Of a DNA stretch of 64,000 nt, positions 21,506 to 32,479 are shown piece after piece. Where the stretch lies: positions 64,001 through 128,000 of the forward strand of contig CAVWLW010000001.1 in assembly GCA_963755715.1 (NCBI GenBank). The letters are read 5' to 3'. Source of the DNA: an uncultured delta proteobacterium. Lineage in GTDB: Bacteria > Desulfobacterota > Binatia > UBA9968. A program made the position numbers and the translations under genes. Numbering within the stretch: position 1 is the first letter of the stretch; the number at the start of each line of letters is the position of its first letter. The notes below the pieces were generated by a model that did no database searches, was not told the DNA's origin, and saw only the letters and a list, made by a program, of their open reading frames with translations.

Positions 21506-21571
21506 GCTCGAGCCAGGAGACCTGTCCATCTGTTTTCAACATTCCCCTTTCGCGGGAAAAGGAGAGGTTTT

Positions 21572-23487
21572 ATGGTTTTCTTCTGTGTTCTTCTATTTTT
21601 TATTTTGTTTCCAAGCTTTTCCCAGGGCGCGGACCCTGCGCCAGAACAAAGTCTTCCTCCGGTCGTTGTGACGGCCACACGCACGGAAGTTCCCCTCAAT
21701 CAGCTCACAACATCTCTGACCGTAATCACGAGTGAGGAAATTCGCGAGCGGCAAGCGGAACTCGTATCGGAGGTCCTGCGCGACGTCGCTGGCGTCAATG
21801 TCGTTCAAACAGGCTCCATGGGAACGGCCACTTCCGTTTTCATTCGTGGCTCCGACATCAAATCAGGTGTTGGTTTTGGTCGACGGTGTTGAAATAAACA
21901 GCACGACCACGGGTGCCTACGACTTCGCTAACCTGACCACCGAAAGCGTCGAGCGCATCGAAGTCCTCCGCGGCGCCGGTGGAACTCTTTACGGCTCGCA
22001 AGCCATCGGCGGCGTGATCAATATTATTACCAAAAGAGGACAGGGGCCGTTGGATGTGGGGGTATCCGCGCAGGGCGGCAACGGTTGGACCAACCGTCAA
22101 GTCGCAACCCTGAGAGGCGGCCTGGGTAAACTCGGCTATGCGTTCAGCGTAGGCCATATCGGGAGTCAAGGCTTCAGGAGCGTCAACGATGATTATCGCA
22201 ACCTCTCGACGTCGGCGCGGCTGGACTATCAACTGACAGAGAATGCCAGCCTCAAGGGTATCTTCCACTATATCAACAGCGATGCGGGGCTGTTCAATAA
22301 CAACAACTTCGCCTCCACACCCGACCCCAACGCTCGCCAGGCCACGACTCAATACGTGGGCAAACTCGAGTGGGAACAAAAAATCCTGGCGAACTGGGAT
22401 TACCGAATTTCCGGATCCATCTTCAAAGAGCATGACAAGTTTAGCGACGATGTCGATTCCTGCGTCTCTTTCGGCTTCCCCTGCGATTCGCGCACCCGCG
22501 ATTTCTTTCGCCCGCAAATCGTTAGCGGGGAATTTCAAACCAACTACCGCCTTGAGGATTGGAGCACTGCGACTTTTGGCGTCCAATACAATCGGAGGTC
22601 GGCCAGCACCAACGGTGGAATCGACGAAACCATCGGCAATGTCGGCTACTACCTGCAACAACAATTTCAGTTTCTCGATCGCAGCCTGATCATGATCCCG
22701 GGAATCCGATCTGGACGATAATCAACAGTTCGGCACCGCATGGACGCCATCGTTTTCCGCGGCCTATTTATTCAAGGAGATCGGCACCAAGTTGAAGGGT
22801 GGCTATGCCAGCGGTTTTAGAGCGCCGTCGTTGAACGAGCTGTTTTTCCCTGCGGGCTTCGGTTGCCCGGCCTTCGGTAATCCGAACCTAGGTCCGGAGA
22901 AAAGTTGGGAAATAAACTTCGGCGTCGAGCAGAGCCTCCTCGCCGAGCGACTTACAATGGGTGCGAACTATTTTCATCGCGAGGTGAAGGACCTCATCGA
23001 AGGGAGACCCATTCCCGGAGACCCATTTGGTTGTTTCCGCGCCGAGAATGTGGGGCGCGCACGTTTCGACGGCGTCGAGTTGACTTTGGGAATAAAGCTC
23101 TTCGAGGGCCTCACCTTGAACGCCAATTACACCTATCTCGACTGGGATACTGCGGATGGGACACTGCCGCGCCGGCCGCGCAATAGTGGGAACGTGATCC
23201 TGAATTATCTGCAGGATGCTTTGAACGTCAACCTCATCGTCAATATCGTCGGCCTCCGCGATGATTTTCGTGCCGCCTCGCCGTTTGGCAACACGGTCAC
23301 GGCCGGTTATGGGATTGTTGATCTGGCTTCATCCTATAGGCTTCCCTGGCGAAATTCCCTCGTAAAGGAAATAAGCCTGATTGGCAGGATCCAAAACCTG
23401 TTTAATAAAAGGTACGATCAAGCGGACGGGTTCCGCGCCCCGCCGTTAAACTTTTTGCTCGGCTTTCGCACTACTTTCGGGAGCTAG
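21572..23487 (+). CDS. btuB: TonB-dependent cobalamin receptor BtuB-like (frameshifts at ~21860 and ~22710)
   Basis: VVVTATRTE TonB box, plug motif VERIEVLRGAGGTLYGSQAIGGVINIITK, GFRAPSLNEL, NLFNKRY; directly below a B12 riboswitch. Confidence 0.88.
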
Positions 23488-23536
23488 AGGTTTCGATCTC
23501 CGGCGTTGCGGTGGACCCTCGACGCTGGAGAGAGCA

Positions 23537-23857
23537 TTGGAAAAACAGATGATCGAAGTCACGGTGACCATCGACTTTGGACCGGCTGGTAAGCAACCGT
23601 TCGAAGCGATGGTCACTGTTTCCGAAAAGAGCACGGTACTCGAAGTCTTGTTGGAACGGCTGCCGGTAACGACGGCCCCTCGATATGGGATGGAACATTT
23701 CGTCGAGGAAATTGATGGAGTCAGAAACGACTTTGCCGCCGACTGCGGTTGGCGCTTTCAGGTTAACGGCCGTGGATCGAATGTTCCTGCCGAGCGCTAT
23801 CTCGTAAAGAACGGTGACTGGATCAAATGGCTCTACGTCGCCGGCTCCTGCTCTTAA
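23537..23857 (+). CDS. DUF4430 / transcobalamin C-terminal-like putative cobalamin-binding protein
   Basis: TVLEVL...FVEEIDGVRN...GWRFQVNG...VKNGDWIKWLY pattern. Confidence 0.8.
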   Translation: MEKQMIEVTVTIDFGPAGKQPFEAMVTVSEKSTVLEVLLERLPVTTAPRYGMEHFVEEIDGVRNDFAADCGWRFQVNGRGSNVPAERYLVKNGDWIKWLYVAGSCS

Positions 23858-23872
23858 ACGCGAATAACAGAA

Positions 23873-25473
23873 GTGAACGCACCCCGACCCAAAAATGCTC
23901 TGATGATCCTCGGCACGGCTTCCCACGTCGGCAAATCGATTCATTACGGCAGGCCTTGGGCGCGTGTTCGCCGACGACGGCTATCGGGTCGCGCCTTTCA
24001 AGGCGCAGAACATGTCGCTCAATTCCGCCGCAACATCCGGACGGTGGCGAGATCGGTCGTGCGCAAGCGCTGCAAGCCGAAGCCTGCCGCGCCATGCCTT
24101 GCGTGGAAATGAATCCCGTCCTGCTCAAACCTTCGACAGACACCGGCGCCCAGGTGATTTTATTGGGAAAGATCTGGGGACAAGTCACGGCGTCGGATTA
24201 TCACACCCGGCGCGTCGAGCAGCTTTTTCCCGAGGTGCTCGCCGCCTATAAACGGCTATACGCTAATTATGACCTAATCTTGCTCGAAGGCGCCGGTTCG
24301 CCGGCGGAGATCAATCTGCGCGAGCACGATATCGTCAACATGCGCATGGCCCATGCCGCCGATGCCGCCTGCTTGCTGGTCGGCGATATCGATCGCGGCG
24401 GCGTTTTCGCATCCCTACTTGGCACGCTGGAATTGCTCGAACCCGAAGATCGCGCCCGCATTCGCGGCTTTATCATCAACAAATTTCGCGGCGATGAATC
24501 GCTGCTGCGGCCGGGCGTCGCGATGATCGAGCAACCGCCTTGGCTTGCCTTGCGTCGGCGTGGTGCCCTTTCTTCCGATCTCGGCCTCGACGAAGAGGAC
24601 GGCGTCGCCTTGGAAGATCGCGCTTCAGCGGCGCGCCGCTGGAGAAATTTGGAATCGGGACCGGCGCGCGCGCTGCGCATCGGCGTCATCGCGCTGCCGC
24701 ACATGGCGAATTTTACCGACTTCGACGCGTTGGCACTGGAGCCTTCGATCTCGCTCGCATTCCTCGAAGCGCCCGAAGAAATGGCCGCGGCTGATCTACT
24801 CATTTTACCCGGCACCAAGCAGACACTTGACGATCTACACTGGCTTGAGCGGCGCGGTTTTGCCCAAGAGCTTCGGCGGCTCACTGAAACCGGTGTCCCG
24901 ATCGTCGGCATCTGCGGCGGCTTTCAGATGCTTGGAGTTTCCATCGATGATCCTCAGGGTATCGAGAATCAGGAGGAGCCCTGTAGCCGAACGGCGCTCG
25001 GTCTTCTGCCGGTGCGAACCGTACTGCACGCCGAAAAAACCGTGCGGCGTGTGCACGGCCGCTTGCGACAAAATTTTTTCCGTAGTGGCTCACCCGAGCA
25101 AGTTGCATTTGAAGGCTACGAGATCCACGTCGGTGAAACGCTCTACGAAACCGGAGCGTTTCCGCTAACCGATATTGAGCGCCAAGAAGCAACGGAACTT
25201 GTTCCCGACGGCGCCGTCAGCAAATCAGGCCGCGTCTTTGGCACCTACGTTCACGGCTTCTTCGACAACGACGATTTTCGTCATGGGTTCATCCAAGCCG
25301 CGCGCGCCGCGGTCGATCTCGCGCCCGCGGCCTCGTACGTGAATATCAACGCGGAGCGCGACGCGCGCATCGATCGCCTGGCAGATCACCTTCGAAAATC
25401 GTTGGATATGAATCTGATCAAGAGTTGGATTGTCGATCCATCCGCTGCGACAGTAGAAAAGTGGCGAGCTTAA
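23873..25473 (+). CDS. cbiP: Cobyric acid synthase CbiP/CobQ (several frameshifts)
   Basis: [56 protein letters not shown]. Confidence 0.93.
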
Positions 25474-25478
25474 GGCTA

Positions 25479-26162
25479 ATGGCACGACCGATGAGGGCGC
25501 CATTCGCCACTCGCGTTGATCAAGATGCATTGATTGTGAGTTTTCTCGCGCCGGCTCGCGCTTTGAGCTGGGCTGTTCTCAACGGCGGATACTGTCACGC
25601 CGATCATGTCATCAATCACCATGTCAGTGGCGACGATCGCTGGTTCTGCGCCGAACCGCAGCGATGGCTGGAAAAATCGGCTTCGCGGCTCGCGCTCCAA
25701 GGCACGGTCGTCGCGATGGCCACTGCCGTGGAGATAAAAAACCTAGTCGAAGTTTCTCTCTTCGGCGGCGGCAAGAGAGTCACATGCTTCGCGACTGTAG
25801 GCTGCGGCAATGCGCTTTCGGTTGGTGACCCCGCATCTGTGGCAATCGAACAAACAGCGCCGTCGCCGCTCCACACCATCAACCTGATACTGACGATTCA
25901 ACCGGGACTGCGCGACGAAGCCTTGGTGGAAGCGATCCAGATCGCCACAGAAGGCCGCGTGCGCGCGCTCTATGAAGCGGGTATCCAGAGTTCGCTGTCC
26001 CATCTCGCCGCCACGGGCACGGGCACCGATTGCATTGCCGTCGTTTCTCTCGGTGCCGAACGTGAACGCTACTGCGGCAAGCATACTCAGCTGGGCGAAT
26101 TGATCGGCCTGGCGGCATACACTGCCGTTGGAAAAGGAATAGCAGCAACCTTTCACTCGTAG
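25479..26162 (+). CDS. cbiZ: Adenosylcobinamide amidohydrolase CbiZ
   Basis: LSWAVLNGG, ATVGCGNA, TINLI, ATGTGTDCIAV, YCGKHTQLGELIG. Confidence 0.88.
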   Translation: MARPMRAPFATRVDQDALIVSFLAPARALSWAVLNGGYCHADHVINHHVSGDDRWFCAEPQRWLEKSASRLALQGTVVAMATAVEIKNLVEVSLFGGGKRVTCFATVGCGNALSVGDPASVAIEQTAPSPLHTINLILTIQPGLRDEALVEAIQIATEGRVRALYEAGIQSSLSHLAATGTGTDCIAVVSLGAERERYCGKHTQLGELIGLAAYTAVGKGIAATFHS

Positions 26163-26173
26163 AAGTTGTCTTT

Positions 26174-27142
26174 ATGAATTCGCAAGTTTTTTGCAGTTCC
26201 TCGGCAGCGCTCCTGATCAGCGCGTTTCTCTTGGATCTCGCCGTCGGCGATCCACGCTGGTTGCCACATCCGGTCGTCTTGATGGGGAGATTTATTTCCC
26301 ATGGCGAGACTTTGCTGCGAAGTGGCAATCCACGTCGCGATTTCATCGCCGGCATGGCGCTGTCTTTTTTCGCGATCGCCATCTCGGTGTCAATCGCATG
26401 CGCACTCGTAGTGCTTTGTCGTTTGCTTCCTGATTGGCTGTTTTTTATCGCCACCTCTGCGCTGGCGTCGACCACACTCGCGACGCGGGGTTTAATTGAT
26501 GCCGTAAGGCGGATCGAAGCGCCGCTCCGCACCGGCGACCTAACGATCGCGCGCGAAAAACTCTCGCACATCGTTGGGCGTGAGACAGCTCATTTGAGTC
26601 AAGACAAAGTGCTGCGCGCCAGCCTCGAATCTTTGTCGGAAAGCACCTGCGACGGCATCGTGGCGCCGCTCTTCTATCTATTTCTCGGCGGTGTCCCGCT
26701 CGCGATGGCCTACAAAGCCGTCAGTACACTGGACTCCATGATCGGATACCGCACGGAACGGTATTTCTACTTTGGCAAGTTTGCCGCGCGCCTGGACGAC
26801 GTGATGAATTTTATCCCGGCGCGACTTACCGCTTTGTTCATCGTCATCGCCACGCTGGTGCTTCGTTTGACTCCGGCGCGCGCCTTGCGCGTCACATGGC
26901 GCGATCACGCTAACCACCTGAGCCCCAATGCCGGCTATCCCGAGGCGGCGCTGGCAGGCGCCTTCGGCATCCGACTGGGCGGTCCAAGTATTTACTTCGG
27001 CAAAGAAGTCCATAAACCTTACCTGGGCGACGACTCGACGCCGGTCAAAATCGAAATGCTAAAGGAGGGACGGATTTTATGTCTGGTCACGGCGATTCTC
27101 TCGCTCGCGACTTTCGTCCTACTGGCGATCGCGCGCTGCTAG
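26174..27142 (+). CDS. cbiB: Adenosylcobinamide-phosphate synthase CbiB
   Basis: GDPRWLPHPV, IVGRET, TLDSMIGY, SPNAGYPEAA. Confidence 0.95.
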   Translation: MNSQVFCSSSAALLISAFLLDLAVGDPRWLPHPVVLMGRFISHGETLLRSGNPRRDFIAGMALSFFAIAISVSIACALVVLCRLLPDWLFFIATSALASTTLATRGLIDAVRRIEAPLRTGDLTIAREKLSHIVGRETAHLSQDKVLRASLESLSESTCDGIVAPLFYLFLGGVPLAMAYKAVSTLDSMIGYRTERYFYFGKFAARLDDVMNFIPARLTALFIVIATLVLRLTPARALRVTWRDHANHLSPNAGYPEAALAGAFGIRLGGPSIYFGKEVHKPYLGDDSTPVKIEMLKEGRILCLVTAILSLATFVLLAIARC

Positions 27143-28230
27143 CGCCACGCCTCGACAGAACTCACGGCGGCAATGTCGACGCCTGGGCGCGTAGCTCCGG
27201 CGTCGAAGTCGGCGAGCTGCTCGATTTCAGCGCCAGCATCAATCCACTGGGACCACCCTCTTCAGCACGCGAGGCTTTTGTGGAAAGCTACGCTGAAATC
27301 TTGCGCTATCCCGATCCCTATGGCGACAAACTGAAGGAAGCTTTAGCTGAACGCCATGGGTTGAGCCCCGCGGAAGTCCTTATCGGCAACGGTTCTACCC
27401 AACTTATTTATCTGTTATGCGCCGCCCTGCGCCCGCGGAACGCATTGATTGTTGGTCCGGCATTTTCCGAATATGCCAATGCTCTGACGCTCATCGGTGC
27501 CAAGGTCGCTTCGTTCAATCTTTCCCCCGATAATGGTTTCCAATTCTCAACGAAGCGGTTGAGCGCAGCTTGGGACAAAGATTGCGACATCGTCTTTCTC
27601 GCCACGCCCAATAGTGTCACGGGACAGATGATTCCCAAAGTCGAAATTGAAAAGGTTGCGCACATCGCTTTGGCGAGAAAAACTATACTCGTCATCGATG
27701 AAGCCTTCGTCGATTTTGTCGAGACGGAATCGATCAAAGCGCTGGTGCGGCGGAATCCCTATCTAATAGTTTTGCGCTCGCTTACAAAGTACTATGCCCT
27801 GCCGGGACTTCGGCTCGGCTATTTGCTCGGGGAAACCGGCCAAGTCGCCGAGCTCGCGGCTTATCAAGAACCCTGGTCCATCAATGGCCCAGCATTGAAT
27901 GTGGCGCTGGCGTCGCTTAAGGACTCGAGCTTCGCGACCAAGACCGAGCGTTGGTTGGAACGGGAAAAAAAGTTTTTGTTTGAGCGTCTGACGGCGCTCG
28001 AAGGATTGCATCCCTTGGCATCGAGAACCAACTTTTTGCTCGTCAAGATCGAGCGCGGCCACGGTGACGCCCTTCGGCTTCGTTCGTTTCTCCTGCAGAA
28101 AAACATACTCATCCGCGCCTGTGATACCTTTGGCCTCGGAGTCAACTATTTCCGCATTGCGATCAAACAGCGAAAAGACAACCAACGGCTCCTGGCGGCG
28201 CTTACCGAATGGACGTCATTGAGCGGATAG
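27079..28230 (+). CDS. cobD: L-threonine-O-3-phosphate decarboxylase CobD (start may be ~27136)
   Basis: HGGN, DFSASINPLG, IDEAFVDF, RSLTKYYALPGLRLGY (PLP Lys). Confidence 0.92.
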   Translation: MSGHGDSLARDFRPTGDRALLAPRLDRTHGGNVDAWARSSGVEVGELLDFSASINPLGPPSSAREAFVESYAEILRYPDPYGDKLKEALAERHGLSPAEVLIGNGSTQLIYLLCAALRPRNALIVGPAFSEYANALTLIGAKVASFNLSPDNGFQFSTKRLSAAWDKDCDIVFLATPNSVTGQMIPKVEIEKVAHIALARKTILVIDEAFVDFVETESIKALVRRNPYLIVLRSLTKYYALPGLRLGYLLGETGQVAELAAYQEPWSINGPALNVALASLKDSSFATKTERWLEREKKFLFERLTALEGLHPLASRTNFLLVKIERGHGDALRLRSFLLQKNILIRACDTFGLGVNYFRIAIKQRKDNQRLLAALTEWTSLSG

Positions 28231-28234
28231 TGGC

Positions 28235-28771
28235 ATGGCCAAGCAAATTATTTTAGTTACCGGCGGCGCGCGCTCTGGAAAGAGCAGATACGCCGAACAG
28301 CGTTCCACAGAGCTAGGCTCGCGGCGGCTCTATGTCGCCACGGCCGAAGCCAAAGACGAAGAAATGGCGCAACGCATCGCCGAACATAAAAAGCGGCGTG
28401 GCGATGAGTGGATTACCATCGAAGAAAGCGTGCAATTAACCGAAGTGCTCTTGGCGCAGCGCGGCCGGACAGATTGCGCGCTAGTGGATTGCATCACCCT
28501 TTGGCTGAGCAATCTTCTGCTCCGGCGCGATACAAAATATGCGGAGGAAAAAGTCGAAGAACTGCTGAAGATACTGCCGCGGCTGGATTTTCATCGCGTT
28601 CTTGTCACCAACGAAGTGGGCTGGGGCATCGTGCCGGACAATCCACTGGCGCGGCAATTTCGTGACCTCGCAGGCTGGACAAATCAACGACTCGCGGCGA
28701 TCGCAAACGAGGTAGTGTTTACCGTTGCCGGAATCCCCATGATCGTGAAGCAGGCAACTTCATGTCCCTAG
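28235..28771 (+). CDS. cobU: Adenosylcobinamide kinase/adenosylcobinamide-phosphate guanylyltransferase
   Basis: VTGGARSGKS, LVDCITLWLSN, VTNEVGWGIVP. Confidence 0.96.
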   Translation: MAKQIILVTGGARSGKSRYAEQRSTELGSRRLYVATAEAKDEEMAQRIAEHKKRRGDEWITIEESVQLTEVLLAQRGRTDCALVDCITLWLSNLLLRRDTKYAEEKVEELLKILPRLDFHRVLVTNEVGWGIVPDNPLARQFRDLAGWTNQRLAAIANEVVFTVAGIPMIVKQATSCP

Positions 28772-29817
28772 ACGAGACACTCAAGCAAATCCGCCCGTTG
28801 GCTCTATCCATCGAGCGCGTTGCGCAGGAGCGGCTCGACTCATTGACCAAGCCCCAAGGAAGCCTTGGAAAGTTGGAAGAGATCGCGCGCCGCATCGCTG
28901 TTATCCAAGGAAGAGTCCCGCCGCAGCTCGGTCGAAAACTTTTGTTCGTCTTTGCCGCGGACCATGGGATTACGCAGGAAGGCGTCAGCGCCTATCCGAA
29001 AGACGTCACGGCGCAGATGACTTACAATTTTCTCAACGGCGGCGCGGCGATCAATGTTTTAGCGCGCCATCATGGCGTCGAAACCGAAGTCGTCGACGTC
29101 GGCGTCGATTACGAATTTAAAGACGCATCCGGCTTGCGTAACCGCAAGTTGCGCCCCGGCACGGCGAATTTCGCACGCGGACCGGCGATGACACGCGATG
29201 AGGCGATACGTTCTGTGGAGCTCGGCATTGAGCTGGTTAAAGAGGCGGCTGCGAAGAGTCTTTTTCTCCTCGGTGCCGGTGACATGGGCATCGGCAACAC
29301 CAGCAGTGCCGCAGCCATTCTTTGCGCTCTGACTGGCGCCGCGCCCGCCGACGCGACCGGCCGAGGCGCGGGCATCAACGATGCGACTCTAAAAATAAAA
29401 ATCGCGGCGATCCAAAAGGGTCTCGATGTAAATCAACCCGATGCCAATGATCCCATCGACGTTCTCGCCAAGGTTGGCGGCTTGGAGATCGGCGCCATAA
29501 CGGGAGTTATTTTAGGCGCGGCGGCATTTCGTATCCCAATGGTGCTCGATGGCTTCATATCCGGCGCCGCGGCGCTGCTCGCGCAAAGATTTAATCCGCT
29601 CGTCCGAGATATTCTCTTCGCCTCGCATCTTTCCGCCGAAAGAGGCCATCAGTTGATGCTCGACCAGCTCAAGCTTGCGCCTGTCCTCGATCTTGAGATG
29701 CGCCTCGGCGAGGGCACCGGCGCTTGTTTGCTCATGGGTTTGATCGAAGCATCGGTAAAACTCATCGGCGAGATGGCGACCTTCGAATCCGCCGGCGTAA
29801 AAGAGAAACTTTCGTGA
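28762..29817 (+). CDS. cobT: Nicotinate-nucleotide--dimethylbenzimidazole phosphoribosyltransferase
   Basis: LTKPQGSLGKLE, FAADHG, GDMGIGNT, MRLGEGTGA. Confidence 0.96.
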   Translation: MSLDETLKQIRPLALSIERVAQERLDSLTKPQGSLGKLEEIARRIAVIQGRVPPQLGRKLLFVFAADHGITQEGVSAYPKDVTAQMTYNFLNGGAAINVLARHHGVETEVVDVGVDYEFKDASGLRNRKLRPGTANFARGPAMTRDEAIRSVELGIELVKEAAAKSLFLLGAGDMGIGNTSSAAAILCALTGAAPADATGRGAGINDATLKIKIAAIQKGLDVNQPDANDPIDVLAKVGGLEIGAITGVILGAAAFRIPMVLDGFISGAAALLAQRFNPLVRDILFASHLSAERGHQLMLDQLKLAPVLDLEMRLGEGTGACLLMGLIEASVKLIGEMATFESAGVKEKLS

Positions 29818-30547
29818 GCTCATTTTTCGCCGCGCTGCAGTTTTTGACCATTATTCCATGGCCTAGGCGCGCGGAACTGTTCAGCTGATGAATTAGGACG
29901 AGCGACGATTTTCTTTCCCGTGATCGGCTTCTTGCTGGGTCTGACCTTAGTGTCTGGTGAATGTGTCGTTGAAATCGTTTGCCAGCCCAGTGCTCTCGAG
30001 TGTGGCGCTCGTAACCCTACTGGCTTGGCTGACACGCGGCCTGCACTTGGACGGCCTCGGCGATACTTTCGATGGCCTAGGCGCCGGCGGCGACCGTGAA
30101 CACATGCTGCGCGTCATGGACGACAGTCACACCGGCGCGTTTGGTGTGATTGCAATCGTTTTGCTGTTGTTCTTCAAAATCCACGCAATCGAGGCCATCG
30201 ACAGCGAGCGCTGGCGCGCATTGCTCGCCGTGCCGGTCCTCAGCCGTTGGGCGATGGTGCTGCTCGCCTACCGTTCCAAAGCGGCAAAGGAGGGACTGGG
30301 TTCGACTTTAATACATCACTTGTCGACGAAACATTTTTTCATCTCCACGTTCGTCACACTGCTCTTGGTTGCAGCAGTTTTGCGCGGTACCGGTGTCTTC
30401 ATGATGGCGTGGGTCGCCATCTTCAGCTTGGCGAGCAAGAATTATTTTCAGCGCCGCTTGGGTGGTGTGACTGGCGACACTTTCGGCGCCGTTGGCGAAT
30501 TGAGCGAGACCTCGGTATTCGTTTTCTTGGCTTTGGGCGCTAAATGA
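29814..30547 (+). CDS. cobS: Adenosylcobinamide-GDP ribazoletransferase CobS (frameshifts in the 5' part)
   Basis: ALQFLTIIP, GLHLDGLGDTFDG, MDDSHTGAFG, GGVTGDTFGA. Confidence 0.92.
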
Positions 30548-31461
30548 AACACTTTCAACGGCTGATTACTCTTCATCTACTGACCGTAAGCTTGTTCGTC
30601 TTGTGCAATTCCGCTTTTTTCGCGCATGCCGCATCTGCGCCCCGCTCGCAGAGAATCGTTTCCCTCGCGCCCAGCGTGACCGAGACCTTATTTGCATTGG
30701 GTTTCGGCAATCGTGTGGTCGGCGTGACGACCTACTGCGATTATCCCGCCGAGGCGCGTAAGCTTCCCAAGATCGGCGGCTTTATGAATCCCAGTCTCGA
30801 AGCGATCGCCGCAAAGCGACCGGACTTCGTGATCGGCGTCAGCAGCGCCACCGACCCGGTGAAGGCGCGGGAGATGGAACGCTTGGGTCTCAAAGTGACT
30901 CTGATCTCACTGGCGAGCGTGAACGACATTTTGAGCTCCATTAAAAGCATCGCGCGCTTGTTAGGAAGCCCCGAAGCGGGCGAAAAACTCGTCGACAAAA
31001 TCACCCTCCAATTCGACGAAATAAAAAAGCGCGTTGCTTCGGCGCCGCGTCGCACAACTTTATTGGCCGTGGGGCTACGCCCGCTGGTCGTAGTCGGCGG
31101 CAAAAATTTTATTAACGAGCTGATTTTTCTTGCCGGCGGTGAAAACATCGCCGGCAATGCCGATCAACCGTGGCTCAATCTACCGGACGAATATGTCGTG
31201 GCCAAAGCGCCGCAAGTGATCATCGAGGCCGGCATGGGATCGGAGCGCGGTGATTCCGCCAAACATTGGGGCGATCTCAAGTCCATTCCCGCTGTCAGGG
31301 AACACCGAGTTTACGCTTATCAGTCGGACAAGATTCTTCGGCCCGGGCCGCGCATCGGTGAAGGACTGGAAGAAATCGCTCGACTCGTTCACCCGGAGTG
31401 CTTCGCGGAAGCTAAACGCGGAGTCAATAAAGGAAATGGTTGTGAAGGTCCTCGACCGTAG
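30544..31461 (+). CDS. btuF: Cobalamin ABC transporter substrate-binding protein
   Basis: RIVSLAPSVTETLFALG, VGVTTYCDYP, RPGPRI. Confidence 0.88.
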   Translation: MKHFQRLITLHLLTVSLFVLCNSAFFAHAASAPRSQRIVSLAPSVTETLFALGFGNRVVGVTTYCDYPAEARKLPKIGGFMNPSLEAIAAKRPDFVIGVSSATDPVKAREMERLGLKVTLISLASVNDILSSIKSIARLLGSPEAGEKLVDKITLQFDEIKKRVASAPRRTTLLAVGLRPLVVVGGKNFINELIFLAGGENIAGNADQPWLNLPDEYVVAKAPQVIIEAGMGSERGDSAKHWGDLKSIPAVREHRVYAYQSDKILRPGPRIGEGLEEIARLVHPECFAEAKRGVNKGNGCEGPRP

Positions 31462-32479
31462 GAAGATGATTTTCGTCAATGGCGTGCTGCTCGCGCTTTT
31501 GACGCTCTCGATGGTCGCCTGCACTCTTCTTGGACCAGTGCACCTCGATCTATCGCGAGCTCTGCGTGATTTATCTTTCGCGAATCCGGACGCGGAAATA
31601 CTTTTTCGTGCGCGTCTGCCGCGGGTGCTCCTGGGCGTCGCCATCGGCGGCGGGATGGCGGCCTGCGGCGTGGTGCTGCAGGCTTTGCTCGGCAATCCGC
31701 TCGCTTGTCCGCAGATGCTCGGTGTGTCGGGCGGCGCTTCCTTGGGCGGAATTTTGGGACTGATTCTTTTCCCCAATTGGCTTCTGCCCATCGCCGGCGG
31801 GCTGCTCGGTGAAATCTCCTGGGTCCCGTTGGCGGCGTTTCTCGGCGCGCTGTGCAGCATGACGCTGGTCTACCGCTTTTCTCTGTTCCATGGGCGGCTG
31901 CATCCCTATCACTTGCTGCTTTCCGGCGTGATTTTTAATTCCTTTATTGCCGCCGTGATCATGTTTCTCAACTCGATCATTGATTTCTATCAAGCGCAGG
32001 GGCTGCTCTTCTGGCTCATGGGCAGTCTATCGACCCGCGCTTATCTCACCGTCGCTTTCATCTGGGCATACATCAGCTTTGGTTTTCTCTGGCTGTGGGC
32101 GAAAGGCCTTTCGCTGAACCTGATCACCCTTGGCGAAGAAGCAGCCATGCAATTGGGCGTTGAAACCGGCGCGCTGCAGCGCCAGATTTTCATTGCGTCG
32201 TCGTTGATGATCGGCGCCATGGTTTCGGTCAGCGGCATGATCGGTTTCATCGGCCTGATGATCCCGCATGTCATGCGCTTGATCGTCGGCAGCGATCACC
32301 GGCTGCTGCTGCCCGCATCGTTTCTCGCCGGCGGGATTTTCTTGTGTTGGGCGGATACTCTCGCCCGCGTTCTGCTCGCTCCCGCCGAGCTGCCGGTGGG
32401 AATCATCACCGCATTCTTCGGTGGCCCATTCTTTTTATTCTTGCTTTACCGCGAAGGCAGAAAAGCCCTGACTTTATGA
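31436..32479 (+). CDS. btuC: Cobalamin/iron ABC transporter permease (FecCD family)
   Basis: RLPRVLL, QALLGNPLA, LGEEAAMQLGV, ELPVGIITA. Confidence 0.88.
   Translation: MVVKVLDRRKMIFVNGVLLALLTLSMVACTLLGPVHLDLSRALRDLSFANPDAEILFRARLPRVLLGVAIGGGMAACGVVLQALLGNPLACPQMLGVSGGASLGGILGLILFPNWLLPIAGGLLGEISWVPLAAFLGALCSMTLVYRFSLFHGRLHPYHLLLSGVIFNSFIAAVIMFLNSIIDFYQAQGLLFWLMGSLSTRAYLTVAFIWAYISFGFLWLWAKGLSLNLITLGEEAAMQLGVETGALQRQIFIASSLMIGAMVSVSGMIGFIGLMIPHVMRLIVGSDHRLLLPASFLAGGIFLCWADTLARVLLAPAELPVGIITAFFGGPFFLFLLYREGRKALTL

Larger units (their letters stand above)
21218..21570 (+). promoter_or_regulatory. Cobalamin riboswitch 2 upstream of btuB, carrying two inserted repeat hairpins
   Basis: AAGGGAAtggGGTGA[insert]AATTCCCc.GCTGCCCCGCAACTGT...GCCACTG...GGGAAGGC...[insert]AGCCAGGAGACCTGtc; hairpin cctttcgcgggaaaagg overlaps the RBS. 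Confidence 0.88.

Noticed and set aside
21431-21571. N-terminal extension of the btuB ORF from 21431
   Set aside because: It runs through riboswitch 2; the ATG at 21572 has an RBS and begins a signal peptide.
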